Counted from the first letter of the stretch, positions 19,491 to 36,842 are shown. The stretch is DNA of 37,343 nt from Eledone cirrhosa (GCA_964016885.1 CAXHJY010000121.1:1-37343), one strand, 5' to 3'. Notes: generated from the letters alone by a model not told the origin. Translations and numbers: made by a program.

Positions 19491-21335
19491 ATAACTGTTG
19501 GCCCTCTAATTGATGAAAATGGCACTCTTCAAGACAATGCTAAAACCATGGGTGAGATACTGCAGAAACAATACTGCTCTGTTTTCAGCAATCCTGATAT
19601 GGCCGATCTGGGCTGTATCGGCGATGTTACTCCCCATTACACCTTATCGGACATAACGTTTGGCGCCCCTGATGTCTTGGCGGCAATAAAGGAAATCAAG
19701 CATAATTCAGCAGTAGGTCCCGATAGGTTCCCTGCTTGTGTCTTGAAGGCGTGTCAACACCAACTTGCATCTCCTCTTGCCAATCTGTGGCGGAACTCAC
19801 TGGATGCTGGATATGTGCCAGAAAACCTTCTATCCCAGTCTGTTGTCCCAGTTTTCAAAAAGGGAAACAAATCCCTTGCCGTGAATTACCGTCCAATCTC
19901 ACTCACCTCTCATATCATTAAGGTATTTGAGAGAGTGGTGAGATCGCGAATGACCCACTTCCTTGAGAGTAACAATATGCTGAACTCCAACCAGCATGGA
20001 TTCCGTAATGGAAGGGATTGCCTGACGCAGCTACTGCATCACTTTGATGACATTTTGAGAGCCTTGGGAGAGGGTTCCAACACTGATGTTATCTACCTTG
20101 ATTTCAGCAAGGCCTTTGACAGGGTTGATCATAACATTCTACTGAGAAAGCTGTCCAATATTGGTGTCACTGGAAAGCTGCTGCAGTGGATCAAGAGCTT
20201 CCTGTCAAACAGAACCCAACATGTTGTAGTTGAGGGAGTCAAATCCAGCCCAGCCAAAGTCAGTAGTGGGGTCCCACAAGGCACTGTGTTGGGCCCACTT
20301 CTCTTCATCATCTATATTAATGACATCACTGACATCATCAAACACAGCAACATTAAAATTTTCGCTGATGATTCCAAGCTCCAAAAGGTCATCAATGGCG
20401 TGGATGACCGGATAAGCCTTCAGTCAGACCTACTGGCTGTTACCCAATGGGCGGAAAAGAACAACATGTTACTGAACGAAGACAAATTCGAACTGATCCA
20501 CTTTGGAAAAGAGGATGCTCTGAAACTCCCGTACTCCCTTCCCTCCGGGGAAACTCTCGAGGCAACTAACAACATCAGAGACTTGGGAGTAACCGTGGAC
20601 AGCAACATAAGCTGGGCCACGCATATAAGCAGCAAAGTTTACATGGCCCGCAGAATGTGTTCCTGGATCCTCAGAACCTTCCAGTCGAGAGATTCCCGCA
20701 CCATTATCCTTCTCTTCTCTACTTTTGCCCGACCACACCTTGAATACTGTTGTCCACTGTGGTCTCCCCACACGAAACAAAGTATCATGAAACTTGAAGC
20801 TCCTCAAAGGGCAATCACGAAAAAGATAGATGGCATGTCAGACCTTGACTACTGGGGTCGATTAGAAAACCTGAAACTTTACTCACTCCAACGTCGCCGT
20901 GAGCGTTATATTATCTGCATGATGTGGAAAATGTTCCATCATCACTGCCCAAATGATGTTGGCATCGCCTTCAAGATACACCCAAGGCTTGGGCCCCGTG
21001 CTATCCGTCCCATTCAAAAATCTAAATCGCAACTCATAACAACAATACGGCACAATTATTTCACCTCAATCGGCCCTGCTCTCTTCAACATCACACCAGG
21101 ACACGTCAAAACAGAAACTGACCACACAAAATTCAAGAAGTCGTTGGACAAATTCCTCCAAGTAATCCCGGACAAACCACCCACACCCGGATATGTCTCC
21201 GCAAACAGTAATTCTCTTCTCGAATGGGCCATGGTGCCCAAATCCTGAATTGAAAGACTTCGCCAGGTGGTGCTATTAAGTTAGACATGGCCTGGGCCAA
21301 TACTGGCCAAAACATTTCAAAGTTATTCAAAGTTA
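19491..21335 (+). mobile_element. CR1-like LINE, 5'-truncated, copy 1
   Basis: RT ORF, short 3'UTR with ggcca-atac-tggcc hairpin, tail (ttcaaagtta)2. Confidence 0.85.
19548..21248 (+). CDS. CR1-like ORF2 reverse transcriptase portion, uninterrupted, endonuclease missing
   Basis: [68 protein letters not shown]; frame open from 19491 so the Met is internal. Confidence 0.88.
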   Translation: MGEILQKQYCSVFSNPDMADLGCIGDVTPHYTLSDITFGAPDVLAAIKEIKHNSAVGPDRFPACVLKACQHQLASPLANLWRNSLDAGYVPENLLSQSVVPVFKKGNKSLAVNYRPISLTSHIIKVFERVVRSRMTHFLESNNMLNSNQHGFRNGRDCLTQLLHHFDDILRALGEGSNTDVIYLDFSKAFDRVDHNILLRKLSNIGVTGKLLQWIKSFLSNRTQHVVVEGVKSSPAKVSSGVPQGTVLGPLLFIIYINDITDIIKHSNIKIFADDSKLQKVINGVDDRISLQSDLLAVTQWAEKNNMLLNEDKFELIHFGKEDALKLPYSLPSGETLEATNNIRDLGVTVDSNISWATHISSKVYMARRMCSWILRTFQSRDSRTIILLFSTFARPHLEYCCPLWSPHTKQSIMKLEAPQRAITKKIDGMSDLDYWGRLENLKLYSLQRRRERYIICMMWKMFHHHCPNDVGIAFKIHPRLGPRAIRPIQKSKSQLITTIRHNYFTSIGPALFNITPGHVKTETDHTKFKKSLDKFLQVIPDKPPTPGYVSANSNSLLEWAMVPKS

Positions 21336-21462
21336 TACATATATATATATACATACATACATATATATAAATACATACATACATATATATATATACATAC
21401 ATACATATATATATATACATACATATATATATATACATACATACATATATATACATACATAC

Positions 21463-21509
<47 letters not shown>

Positions 21510-21522
21510 CATACATACATAT
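21336..21522. repeat. (TA)/(TACA) microsatellite
   Basis: Direct inspection. Confidence 0.95.
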
Positions 21523-21585
21523 AAGAAAATTTCTTGAAAAAAAAAAAAAAAAAAAAAAATTTAAATTAACTTACTTAAATTTTCA

Positions 21586-21665
21586 CTCCAACTAATTAGT
21601 TTCTGCAATGGGATAAAGACAGTTACGTAATGAACTGTTGAGAATTTCATTGCGTCATCAGGGAG
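21586..21665 (-). ncRNA. Candidate type I hammerhead ribozyme with long stem II
   Basis: Minus strand: CTCC-CTGATGA-c-GCAATG..(ACAGTT/AACTGT)..CATTGC-a-GAA-ACTAATTAGT-T-GGAG. Confidence 0.65.
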
Positions 21666-21686
21666 GTCATTCTCAGCCGAGTCTCC

Positions 21687-21745
<59 letters not shown>

Positions 21746-21770
21746 CATATATATACATATATGTATATAC

Positions 21771-21811
<41 letters not shown>

Positions 21812-21826
21812 CATATATGTATATAC

Positions 21827-21875
<49 letters not shown>

Positions 21876-21900
21876 CATATATATACATATATGTATATAC

Positions 21901-21941
<41 letters not shown>

Positions 21942-21986
21942 CATATATGTATATACATATATATATATATACATATATGTATATAC

Positions 21987-22041
<55 letters not shown>

Positions 22042-22088
22042 CATATATATATACATATATATATACATATATATATATATATACATAC

Positions 22089-22123
<35 letters not shown>

Positions 22124-22208
22124 CATATATATATACATATATACATATATACATATATACATATATATATACATATATATATATATACATATATACATAT
22201 ATATATAT

Positions 22209-22239
<31 letters not shown>

Positions 22240-22274
22240 TACATATATATATACATATATATATATATACATAC

Positions 22275-22305
<31 letters not shown>

Positions 22306-22338
22306 CATACATATATATACACATATATATATATATAT

Positions 22339-22371
<33 letters not shown>

Positions 22372-22379
22372 CATACATA

Positions 22380-22411
<32 letters not shown>

Positions 22412-22530
22412 CATATATATATATATACATATATATACATATACATATATATATATATACATATATATACATATACATATATATACATATACATATACAT
22501 ATATATACATATATATACATATACATATAC

Positions 22531-22579
<49 letters not shown>

Positions 22580-22775
22580 CATATACATACATACATACAT
22601 ACATATATATACATACATACATACATATATATACATACATACATATGTATATATATACATATATATATATATATACACATACATATATATATATACATAC
22701 ATACATATGTATATATATACATATATATATATATATACACATACATATATATACATACATACATACATACATACA

Positions 22776-22809
<34 letters not shown>

Positions 22810-22836
22810 CATACATACATACATACATATATATAC
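21687..22836. repeat. (TA)/(TACA) microsatellite
   Basis: Direct inspection. Confidence 0.97.
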
Positions 22837-23061
22837 AAACGTTTATATAATTATTTATTTATTTGTACACAAGCATACACACACACACATATTTATATGT
22901 GCGTGGTTTTGTATACCCATGGTAAGGTTTTGCGTATGCTTGTGTATGTAAGTATCTGTTTGCGTGTATGTATTTATTTGTTTCTATTACTTCTGTATTG
23001 TATTTATTTACTTTGTTCTTAACTCTGTAGCGGAGATTCATTTGGTCTCCTAGTTAGAATT

Positions 23062-23310
23062 TTAGTCTACGATTTCTGCTATACCATTTACGTGGTTTTG
23101 TCTTTGCGTGCTATTGTTCTCCACATATCACTTATTATCTTCGTTTTTTCGTTCATTGCCAGAGAACGTCTCTATGCACCACCTAAGAGAACATTAGTCT
23201 ACGACCTCTTCTATACCATAAACGTGGTTTTGTCTTTGCGCGTAATTGTTTTTCACCGCTCCTATTAATGACGTATTATTCGTTTTTTCCCGTTCCTTGC
23301 CAGCGAACGT
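23062..23310. repeat. Diverged direct repeat, two copies, 132-bp period
   Basis: ttagtctacga..ctataccat..acgtggttttgtctttgcg..ttgccag.gaacgt at 23062-23169 and 23194-23310. Confidence 0.85.
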
Positions 23311-23560
23311 TACCACGAACCAAAGTATCGTCTTCCTGTCTTCCTCCGGTTGCAACGTTTTTTGAAATATCCAGTTCTGCGTTTACAGATTGACTTTGTT
23401 AGTTTCAGAAGATTCCGTTAAGGGTGAAAGCAGCGATTCTTTGCTTAAACTTTAATCTGTTATTTTAATAAATATTTGCTCTACGGTTCTTATATATTTG
23501 ATATATATTTTCCTTATCGAGCCCTCTTTGGATTTTAGTCTTCAATTTTATTATTATTAC

Positions 23561-23570
23561 TATACATACA

Positions 23571-23606
<36 letters not shown>

Positions 23607-24246
23607 CATACATATACATATATATACATACATACATACATATATATACATACATACATATATATATATACATACATACATATACATACATACATACATA
23701 TATATATATATACATACATACATACATATATATACATACATACATATATATATACATACATACATACATATACATACATATATATATATACATACATATA
23801 TATATATACATACATATATATATATATATATACATACATATATATATACATACATATATATATATACATACATATATATATATACATACATACATACATA
23901 TACATACATACATACATATACATACATACATATATACATACATACATATACATATATACATACATATATACATACATATATACATACATATATATATATA
24001 TACATACATATATATATATATACATACATATATATATACATACATATATATATACATACATATATATATACATATACATACATATATATATACATATACA
24101 TACATATATACATATACATATATATATATATACATACATACATATATATATACATACATATATATATATATATATACATACATATATATATACATACATA
24201 TATATATACATACATATATATATACATACATATATATATACATATA

Positions 24247-24278
<32 letters not shown>

Positions 24279-24306
24279 CATACATATATATATATATATA
24301 CATACA

Positions 24307-24368
<62 letters not shown>

Positions 24369-25046
24369 CATACATATATATATATATATACATACATATA
24401 TATATATATATACATACATACATATATATATATACATACATACATATATATATATACATACATATATATATACATACATATATATATACATATATATATA
24501 TATATACATACATACATATATATATATACATACATATATATATATACATACATATATATATACATACATACATATATACATACATACATATATATATACA
24601 TACATACATATATACATACATATATATATACATACATATATATATACATACATATATATATACATACATATATATATACATACATATATATATACATACA
24701 TATATATATACATATATATATATACATATATATATATACATATATATATATACATATATATATATACATATATATATACATATATATATACATATATATA
24801 TACATATATATATACATATATATATACATATATATATACATATATATATACATATATATATACATATATATATACATATATATATACATATATATATACA
24901 TATATACATATATATATACATATATACATATATATATACATATATATATATATACATACATATATATATACATACATATATATATACATACATATATATA
25001 TACATACATATATATATACATATATACATATATATATATATATACA
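23561..25046. repeat. (TACA)/(TA) microsatellite
   Basis: Direct inspection. Confidence 0.97.
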
Positions 25047-26322
25047 TAACTTTTGAAATGTTTTGGCCAGTATTGGCCCAGGCCATGTCTAACTTAATAG
25101 CACCACCTGGCGAAGTCTTTCAATTCAGGATTTGGGCACCATGGCCCATTCGAGAAGAGAATTACTGTTTGCGGAGACATATCCGGGTGTGGGTGGTTTG
25201 TCCGGGATTACTTGGAGGAATTTGTCCAAAGACTTCTTGAATTTTGTGTGGGTCAGTTTCTGTTTTGACGTGTCCTGGTGTGATGTTGAAGAGAGCAGGG
25301 CCGATTGAGGTGAAATAATTGTGCCGTATTGTTGTTATGAGTTGCGATTTAGATTTTTGAATGGGACGGATAGCACGGGGCCCAAGCCTTGGGTGTATCT
25401 TGAAGGCGATGCCAACATCATTTGGGCAGTGATGATGGAACATTTTCCACATCATGCAGATAATATAACGCTCACGGCGACGTTGGAGTGAGTAAAGTTT
25501 CAGGTTTTCCAATCGACCCCAGTAGTCAAGGTCTGACATGCCATCTATCTTTTTCGTGATTGCCCTTTGAGGAGCTTCAAGTTTCATGATACTTTGTTTC
25601 GTGTGGGGAGACCACAGTGGACAACAGTATTCAAGGTGTGGTCGGGCGAAAGTAGAGAAGAGAAGGATAATGGTGCGGGAATCTCTCGACTGGAAGGTTC
25701 TGAGGATCAGGAACACATTCTGCGGGCCATGTCAACTTTGCTGCTTATATGCGTGGTCCAGCTTATGTTGCTGTCCACGGTTACTCCCAAGTCTCTGATG
25801 TTGTTAGATGCCACGAGAGTTTCCCCGGAGGGAAGGGAGTACGGGAGTTTCAGAGCATCCTCTTTTCCAAAGTGGATCAGTTCGAATTTGTCTTCGTTCA
25901 GTAACATGTTGTTCTTTTCTGGCCATTGGGTAACAGCCAGTAGGTCTGACTGAAGGCTTATCCGGTCATCCACGCCATTGATGACCTTTTGGAGCTTGGA
26001 ATCATCAGCGAAAATTTTAATGTTGCTGTGTTTGATGATGTCAGTGATGTCATTAATATAGATAATGAAGAGAAGTGGGCCCAACACAGTGCCTTGTGGG
26101 ACTCCACTACTGACTTTGGCTGGTCTTGATTTGACTCCCTCAACTACAACATGTTGGGTTCTGTTTGACAGGAAGCTCTTGATCCACTGCAGCAGCTTTC
26201 CAGTGACACCAATATTGGACAGCTTTCTCAGTAGAATGTTATGATCAACCCTGAAAGGTAGATAACATCAGTGTTGGAACCCTCTCCCAAGGCTCTCAAA
26301 ATGTCATCAAAGTGATGCAGTA
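25047..26322 (-). mobile_element. CR1-like LINE, 5'-truncated, copy 2 (frameshifted)
   Basis: Near-identical reverse complement of ~20033-21327; net ~19-nt loss removing DFSKAFD near 26254, 1-bp indels near 25707 and 25250. Confidence 0.9.
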
Positions 26323-28148
<1,826 letters not shown>

Positions 28149-28199
28149 TGGCGTAGGATAGAAGAAAGGAAAGGCACAGAAACGAAGAAAGAAATCCCC

Positions 28200-28244
28200 A
28201 GTCACTGAAGAGGTCACAGAGTGTGTGACGAAAGAACTATGACT
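28200..28244 (+). ncRNA. Candidate minimal type I hammerhead ribozyme (Penelope/retrozyme type)
   Basis: AGTCA-CTGAAGA-g-GTCACA-gagtg-TGTGAC-GAAA-gaac-TA-TGACT. Confidence 0.7.
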
Positions 28245-28399
28245 ATATATATATAAACAACTATCTGGTTGTGGAACCAACCAACCAACCAGAAATTTAT
28301 AAATTTGTAAATTTATAAATATTTAATAAATTAAATTGAAGTGAAAGCAACTGGTGCGTGTGTTTCTTATTGGCAACATGACCCTCCCAAAGTATAACA

Positions 28400-28432
28400 A
28401 TATATATACATACATATATACATATATATATA

Positions 28433-28464
<32 letters not shown>

Positions 28465-28523
28465 CATATATACATATATATACATACATATATACATATA
28501 ATACATATACATTATAATATATA

Positions 28524-28585
<62 letters not shown>

Positions 28586-28604
28586 CATACATATATATAT
28601 ATAT

Positions 28605-28637
<33 letters not shown>

Positions 28638-28712
28638 CATACATATATATATACATACATATACATATACATATACTATATATATATACATACATACATA
28701 TATATATATATA

Positions 28713-28748
<36 letters not shown>

Positions 28749-28839
28749 TATTATATATATACATACATATAACATATATATATATATATACATATATATA
28801 CATAATATATATATATATACATACATATATACATATATA

Positions 28840-28871
<32 letters not shown>

Positions 28872-29042
28872 CATACATATATACATATATATATATACAT
28901 ATATATATATACATATATACATATACATATATATATATACATATATACATATATACATATATATATATACATACATATATACATATATAATATATACATA
29001 CATATATACATATATATATACATACATATATACATATATATA

Positions 29043-29076
<34 letters not shown>

Positions 29077-29089
29077 TACATATATAATA

Positions 29090-29135
<46 letters not shown>

Positions 29136-29227
29136 ATATATATATATACATACATATATACATATATATATATACATATAACATATATATATATATATAT
29201 ACATACATATATACATATATATATATA

Positions 29228-29261
<34 letters not shown>

Positions 29262-29765
29262 TACATATATATACATATATACATATATACATATATATAC
29301 ATATATATATACATATATATATATATATTACATACATATATACATATATATATACATATATATATATATACATACATATATACATATATATACATACATA
29401 TATATATATATATACATATATATATACATATATATACATATATATATACATATATACATATATATATAACATATGTATACATATATATATACATATATAT
29501 ATACATATATATATACATATATATATACATATATATATATACATATATATATATACATATATATATACATATATATATATACATATATATATACATATAT
29601 ATATATATATACATATATATATACATATATATATAATATATACATATATATATACATATATAATATATATATACATATATATATACATATATATATAATA
29701 TATACATATATATATACATATATATATATATATACATATATATATACATATATATATATATATAC

Positions 29766-29798
<33 letters not shown>

Positions 29799-30114
29799 CA
29801 TATATATAATACATATATATATATAACATATATATATACATATATATATACATATATATATATATATACATATATATATACATATATATATATATACATA
29901 ATATATACATATATATATAACATATACATATATATATACATATATATACATATATATACATATACATATATATATACATATACATATATACATATATACT
30001 TATATACATACATATATACATATATATATATATACATACATATACATATATATATATACATACATATATACATATATATATATATACACATACATATATA
30101 CATATATATATATA

Positions 30115-30206
<92 letters not shown>

Positions 30207-30233
30207 CATACATATATACATATATATAATATA

Positions 30234-30329
<96 letters not shown>

Positions 30330-30551
30330 CATACATATATACATATATATATATATACATACATATATACATATATAATATATACATACATATATACATA
30401 TATATATAATATACATACATATATACATATATATACATACATATATACATATATACATATATATAATACATACTATATATATATATATACATACATATAT
30501 ACATATATATATATATACATACATATATACATATATACATATATATATATA

Positions 30552-30587
<36 letters not shown>

Positions 30588-30606
30588 TACATATATACAT
30601 ATAATA

Positions 30607-30640
<34 letters not shown>

Positions 30641-30736
30641 TACATACATATATACATATATATATACATACATATACATATATATATATACATACATATA
30701 TACATAATATAACATACATATATACATATATATATA

Positions 30737-30772
<36 letters not shown>

Positions 30773-31307
30773 TAATATATACATATACATATATATATAT
30801 ATATACATACATATATACATATATATATACATATATAATATATATACATATATATATACATACATATATACATACATATATAATATATATATATATACAT
30901 ATATATATACATATAATATACATATATATATACATATATAACATATATATATACATATATATACATATATATATACATATATAACATATATATATACATA
31001 TATACATATATATATACATATATATACATATATATATACATATATAATACATATATATACATATATATACATATAATATACATATATATATATACATATA
31101 TATATACATATATATATATATAAACATATATATATACATATATATATATATATACATATATATATACATATATACATATATATATACATATATATATACA
31201 TATATATATATATATACATATATATATACATATATATATATATATACATATATATATACATATATATATATATATACATATATATATACATATATATATA
31301 TATATAC

Positions 31308-31338
<31 letters not shown>

Positions 31339-31448
31339 CATATATATATACATATATATATATATATAATATATATATATATACATATATATATACATAT
31401 ATATATATACATATATACATATATATATATATATACATATATATATAC

Positions 31449-31481
<33 letters not shown>

Positions 31482-31729
31482 CATATATATACATATATAT
31501 ATACATATATCATATATATCATACATATATACATATATATATATATACATATACATATATACATACATATATACATATATATACATAACATATATACATA
31601 TATACATATATACATACATATATACATATATATATATATACATATATATCATACATATCATATATAATATATATATATATACATACATATATACATATAT
31701 ATATATACATATATACATATATATATATA

Positions 31730-31763
<34 letters not shown>

Positions 31764-31953
31764 TACATACATACATATATATATATATACATACATACAT
31801 ATATATATATACATATATACATATAATATAATATATATACATACATATATACATATATAATATATACATACATATATACATATATATATATACATACATA
31901 TATACATATATATAAATATATACATATATATATATACATATATACATATATAC

Positions 31954-31986
<33 letters not shown>

Positions 31987-32455
31987 CATACATATATACA
32001 TATATACATACATATATAATATATATACATACATATATATATATATATACATATATATATACATATATATACATATATATATACATATATACATATATAT
32101 ATACATATATATACATATATATATAACATATATATATACATATATATATACATATATATATAACATATAATATATACATATATATATACATATATATATA
32201 CATATATATATACATATATAAATACATTATATATACATAATATATACATATATATATACATATATAATACATATATATATACATATATTATACATATATA
32301 TATACATATATATATATATATACATATATATATACATATATATATATACATATATTATACATATATATATATATATACATATATATATACATATATATAT
32401 ATATATACATATATATATACATATACATAATATATACATATATATATATATATAC

Positions 32456-32498
<43 letters not shown>

Positions 32499-32505
32499 TA
32501 TATAC

Positions 32506-32538
<33 letters not shown>

Positions 32539-32761
32539 CATATATATATACATATATATATATACAATATATATAATATATACATATATATATACACATA
32601 TATACATATATACATATACATATATACATATATACATATATATACATACATATATACATATATATTATACATACATACATATATACATATATATATATAT
32701 ACATATACATAATATACATATATACATATATACATACATATATACATATATATAATATATA

Positions 32762-32822
<61 letters not shown>

Positions 32823-32846
32823 CATACATACATATATATATATATA

Positions 32847-32914
<68 letters not shown>

Positions 32915-32943
32915 TACATATATACATATATATAATATATATA

Positions 32944-33039
<96 letters not shown>

Positions 33040-33408
33040 TACATATATACATATATATATATATACATACATATATATATATATATATACATATATACAT
33101 ATATACATATATATATATAATATACATACATATATATATATATATACATACATATATACATATATATATACATATATATATATACATATATATATACATA
33201 CATATATATATATCATATATATATATATACATATATATATACATATACATATATATAATACATATATATATATACATATATATATACATATACATATATA
33301 TATACATATACATATATATATACATATACATATATATATACATATATATATATATATAACATATATATATACATATATATATACATATATATATACATAT
33401 ATATATAC

Positions 33409-33456
<48 letters not shown>

Positions 33457-33467
33457 TATATATATAC

Positions 33468-33504
<37 letters not shown>

Positions 33505-33659
33505 TATATACATATACATATACATATATATATACATATATATATACATATATATATATACATACATATACATATACATATATATATATATATACATATA
33601 TATATACATATATATATACAATATACATATACTATATATATACATATATATATACATAC

Positions 33660-33694
<35 letters not shown>

Positions 33695-33853
33695 CATACA
33701 TATATATATATATACATATATATATTATATATATATACATATAATATACATATATATATACATATATATACATATATATATATATATACATATATATATA
33801 CATATATATATACATATATATATACATATATATACATATATATATATATATAC

Positions 33854-33884
<31 letters not shown>

Positions 33885-33907
33885 CATATATATATACATA
33901 TATATAC

Positions 33908-33938
<31 letters not shown>

Positions 33939-33969
33939 CATATATATATACATATATATATATATATAC

Positions 33970-34015
<46 letters not shown>

Positions 34016-34019
34016 ATAC

Positions 34020-34050
<31 letters not shown>

Positions 34051-34319
34051 CATATATATATACATATATATATATATATACATATATATATACATATATA
34101 TATACATATATATATACATATATATATATACATATATATATACACATATATATATACATATATATATACATATATATATACATATATATATATACATATA
34201 TATATACATATATATATATACATATATATATACATATATATACATACATATATATACATATATATACATACATATATATATACATATATATACATATATA
34301 TATATACATATATATATAC

Positions 34320-34364
<45 letters not shown>

Positions 34365-34366
34365 CA

Positions 34367-34418
<52 letters not shown>

Positions 34419-34439
34419 CATACATATATATATACATAC

Positions 34440-34484
<45 letters not shown>

Positions 34485-34729
34485 CATACATATATATATA
34501 CATATATATACATACATATATATATATACATATATATACATACATATATATATATATAAATACATATATATATATACATATATATAAATACATATATATA
34601 TATACATATATATACATACATATATATATATATATATATAAATACATATATATATACATATATATACATATATATACATATATATATATATATATACAAT
34701 AATATATACATATATATACATATATATAC

Positions 34730-34772
<43 letters not shown>

Positions 34773-34834
34773 ATATATATACATACATACATATATATAT
34801 ATATTTATACATACATACATACATATATATATAT
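28400..34834. repeat. Degenerate (TA)/(TACA) microsatellite with many phase slips
   Basis: Direct inspection. Confidence 0.97.
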
Positions 34835-34973
34835 ATAAAATATTAAAAAAATAATGAATAAAAGAAAGAAACAGTTCCTCATATTAAACAAAAAAAGTTC
34901 ATTATTTTACGATTATTTTGTTTAATATAAGGAACTGTTTCTTTGTTTTATTCATTATTTTTTAATATTTTAT
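34835..34973. repeat. Inverted repeat, ~59-bp arms, 22-bp spacer
   Basis: 34835-34893 vs 34916-34973, 3 differences. Confidence 0.92.
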
Positions 34974-35029
34974 CTTGACTCTGTATTCCGTTTATCTGTC
35001 ACCGAAAGTGATTTTTGAATGCATCTCTT

Positions 35030-35112
35030 CTTTTAAAGATAATGCCACCCACACCCAGCGCATCAGCAAGGAATCTTACTTCATTAACAAATACGGACCC
35101 CGTCTAAACACT
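35030..35112 (+). pseudogene. Probable C-terminal fragment of a Penelope-like GIY-YIG endonuclease
   Basis: FKDNATHTQRISKESYFINKYGPRLN fits the R..KE..FI.K..P.LN end of PLE ORFs; the match is short. Confidence 0.5.
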
Positions 35113-35238
35113 CTCCCTAAGACGAACCCACAACATACACACGTCAACATACATACCTACATCAGCACACATCTCTACCCACATATAAACACAATGACAC
35201 ACGTAAACACACATGCTCTATGGTGCAATACAAAAAAA

Positions 35239-35320
35239 TATATGTGCATATATATGTATGTATATATGTATATATATATATATATATGTAGTGAATATAT
35301 GTATGTGTGTATATATATAT
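35239..35320. repeat. (TA)/(TATG) microsatellite, opposite polarity
   Basis: G rather than C on + strand. Confidence 0.9.
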
Positions 35321-35404
35321 AGTGAATATCATTTCACACCTTTTATTGTTAAGATTTTTGATGTTCTATTAAGAGAACCGATTTTACTGAAAAAATCGAA
35401 TAAT

Positions 35405-35591
35405 TGTTTCTACTTTAGGCACAAGGCCAGCAATTACCCAGTGCATTACTGGTACTTTATTTTATCGACCCCGTAAGGATGAAAGGCAAAGTCAACCTCG
35501 GCGGGATTTGAACTCAGATCGTAAAGGGACGTAACTATGCTGGAAAGCATGGCGTCCGACCCTCTACCGATACTGCCAAATCCACCGCCCT
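35405..35591 (-). mobile_element. tRNA-derived SINE with 15-bp target site duplication
   Basis: Minus strand A box tggcagtatcgg, B box gttcaaatcc; TSD aaaaaatcgaataat at 35390-35404 and 35593-35607. Confidence 0.85.
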
Positions 35592-35652
35592 AAAAAAATC
35601 GAATAATGTACACCATTTTACCAGGGGAAAAAAATACTGGTCACCCCCCCCC

Positions 35653-35889
35653 CACACACACACACTTATATACACAAACACATACACACGCGTACATCAA
35701 CATACAAAGAGACTTATACACACACACACACACACACGCACTTCTCCGTATAAGACAAAAGCTGAAAAATATCTTTTGACCTTCGAATGACTCTGCTATA
35801 TACACACACACACACACACACTTATCTTAATAGCCCTTTGACACACATCGCTGCTGGCCATTGTCGCAGCATCGAACACCTTACTACTA

Positions 35890-35965
<76 letters not shown>
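35653..35965. repeat. Cluster of (CA)n microsatellites
   Basis: Several (CA)n runs, longest 35892-35965. Confidence 0.9.
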
Positions 35966-35968
<3 letters not shown>

Positions 35969-35990
35969 TTGTGAAAGAGTCATTTCTGAA

Positions 35991-36219
35991 TCTTGGCGCA
36001 AAACCAATTTTTTATCCACATGACCTCTACCGACCAATCAAAATTGTTTTGACCAAGAATTTTTGCTGGAGCCACCTTTTTTTAAATAAAAACAGTCTTG
36101 GCGCAAATCAACTTTTTACATTCACATGACCTCTACCGACCAATCAAAATTGTTTTGACCACAAGCATTTTTGCAACACAAAAATAACGCTGGGGCCACT
36201 TTTTTTAACATAAAAACAG
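35991..36219. repeat. Tandem duplication, 105-bp and 124-bp units
   Basis: tcttggcgcaaa..cacatgacctctaccgaccaatcaaaattgttttgacca..gctgg.gccac..taaaaacag twice. Confidence 0.9.
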
Positions 36220-36473
36220 GTAGAATTCCAAAACTAATCAGATCAGAGCAAACAGCACGGTCACTCTATCTCAAAATTATTTTTGAAAAGCATTTAGAAA
36301 TGCGCAACCGTAAAAACTTAAAAACTAACCACAACTGAATACTAACCCATACAATCACTAATACTCTTTTATTCCTAATTAAACCATTTTTCAACTGTGA
36401 ACAATTTGTCAGCATTTTCTATTCCGTTTACCAATATATAATAACTTGTGTGTTACACCTCTATTCTGTTAAC

Positions 36474-36520
36474 TATATATATATATATATATACACATAC
36501 ATATATATATATATATATAT

Positions 36521-36552
<32 letters not shown>

Positions 36553-36798
36553 ACATACATATATATATATATATATACATACATATATATATATACATAT
36601 ATATACATACATATATATATATACATACATATATATATATATATACATACATATATACATACATATACATACATATACATATATATATATATATATATAC
36701 ATACATATACATACATATATATACATATACATACATATATATACATATACATACATATATATACATATACATACATATATATACATACATATACATAC

Positions 36799-36831
<33 letters not shown>

Positions 36832-36842
36832 CATATATATTC

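Noticed and set aside
21639-21675. Alternative type III hammerhead using tgagaat/attctca
   Set aside because: Stems I and II cannot form and position 17 would be G; the type I fold fits better
23062-23310. CRISPR-like array (also considered for 35991-36219)
   Set aside because: Only two diverged units, no unique spacers, no cas genes, eukaryotic context
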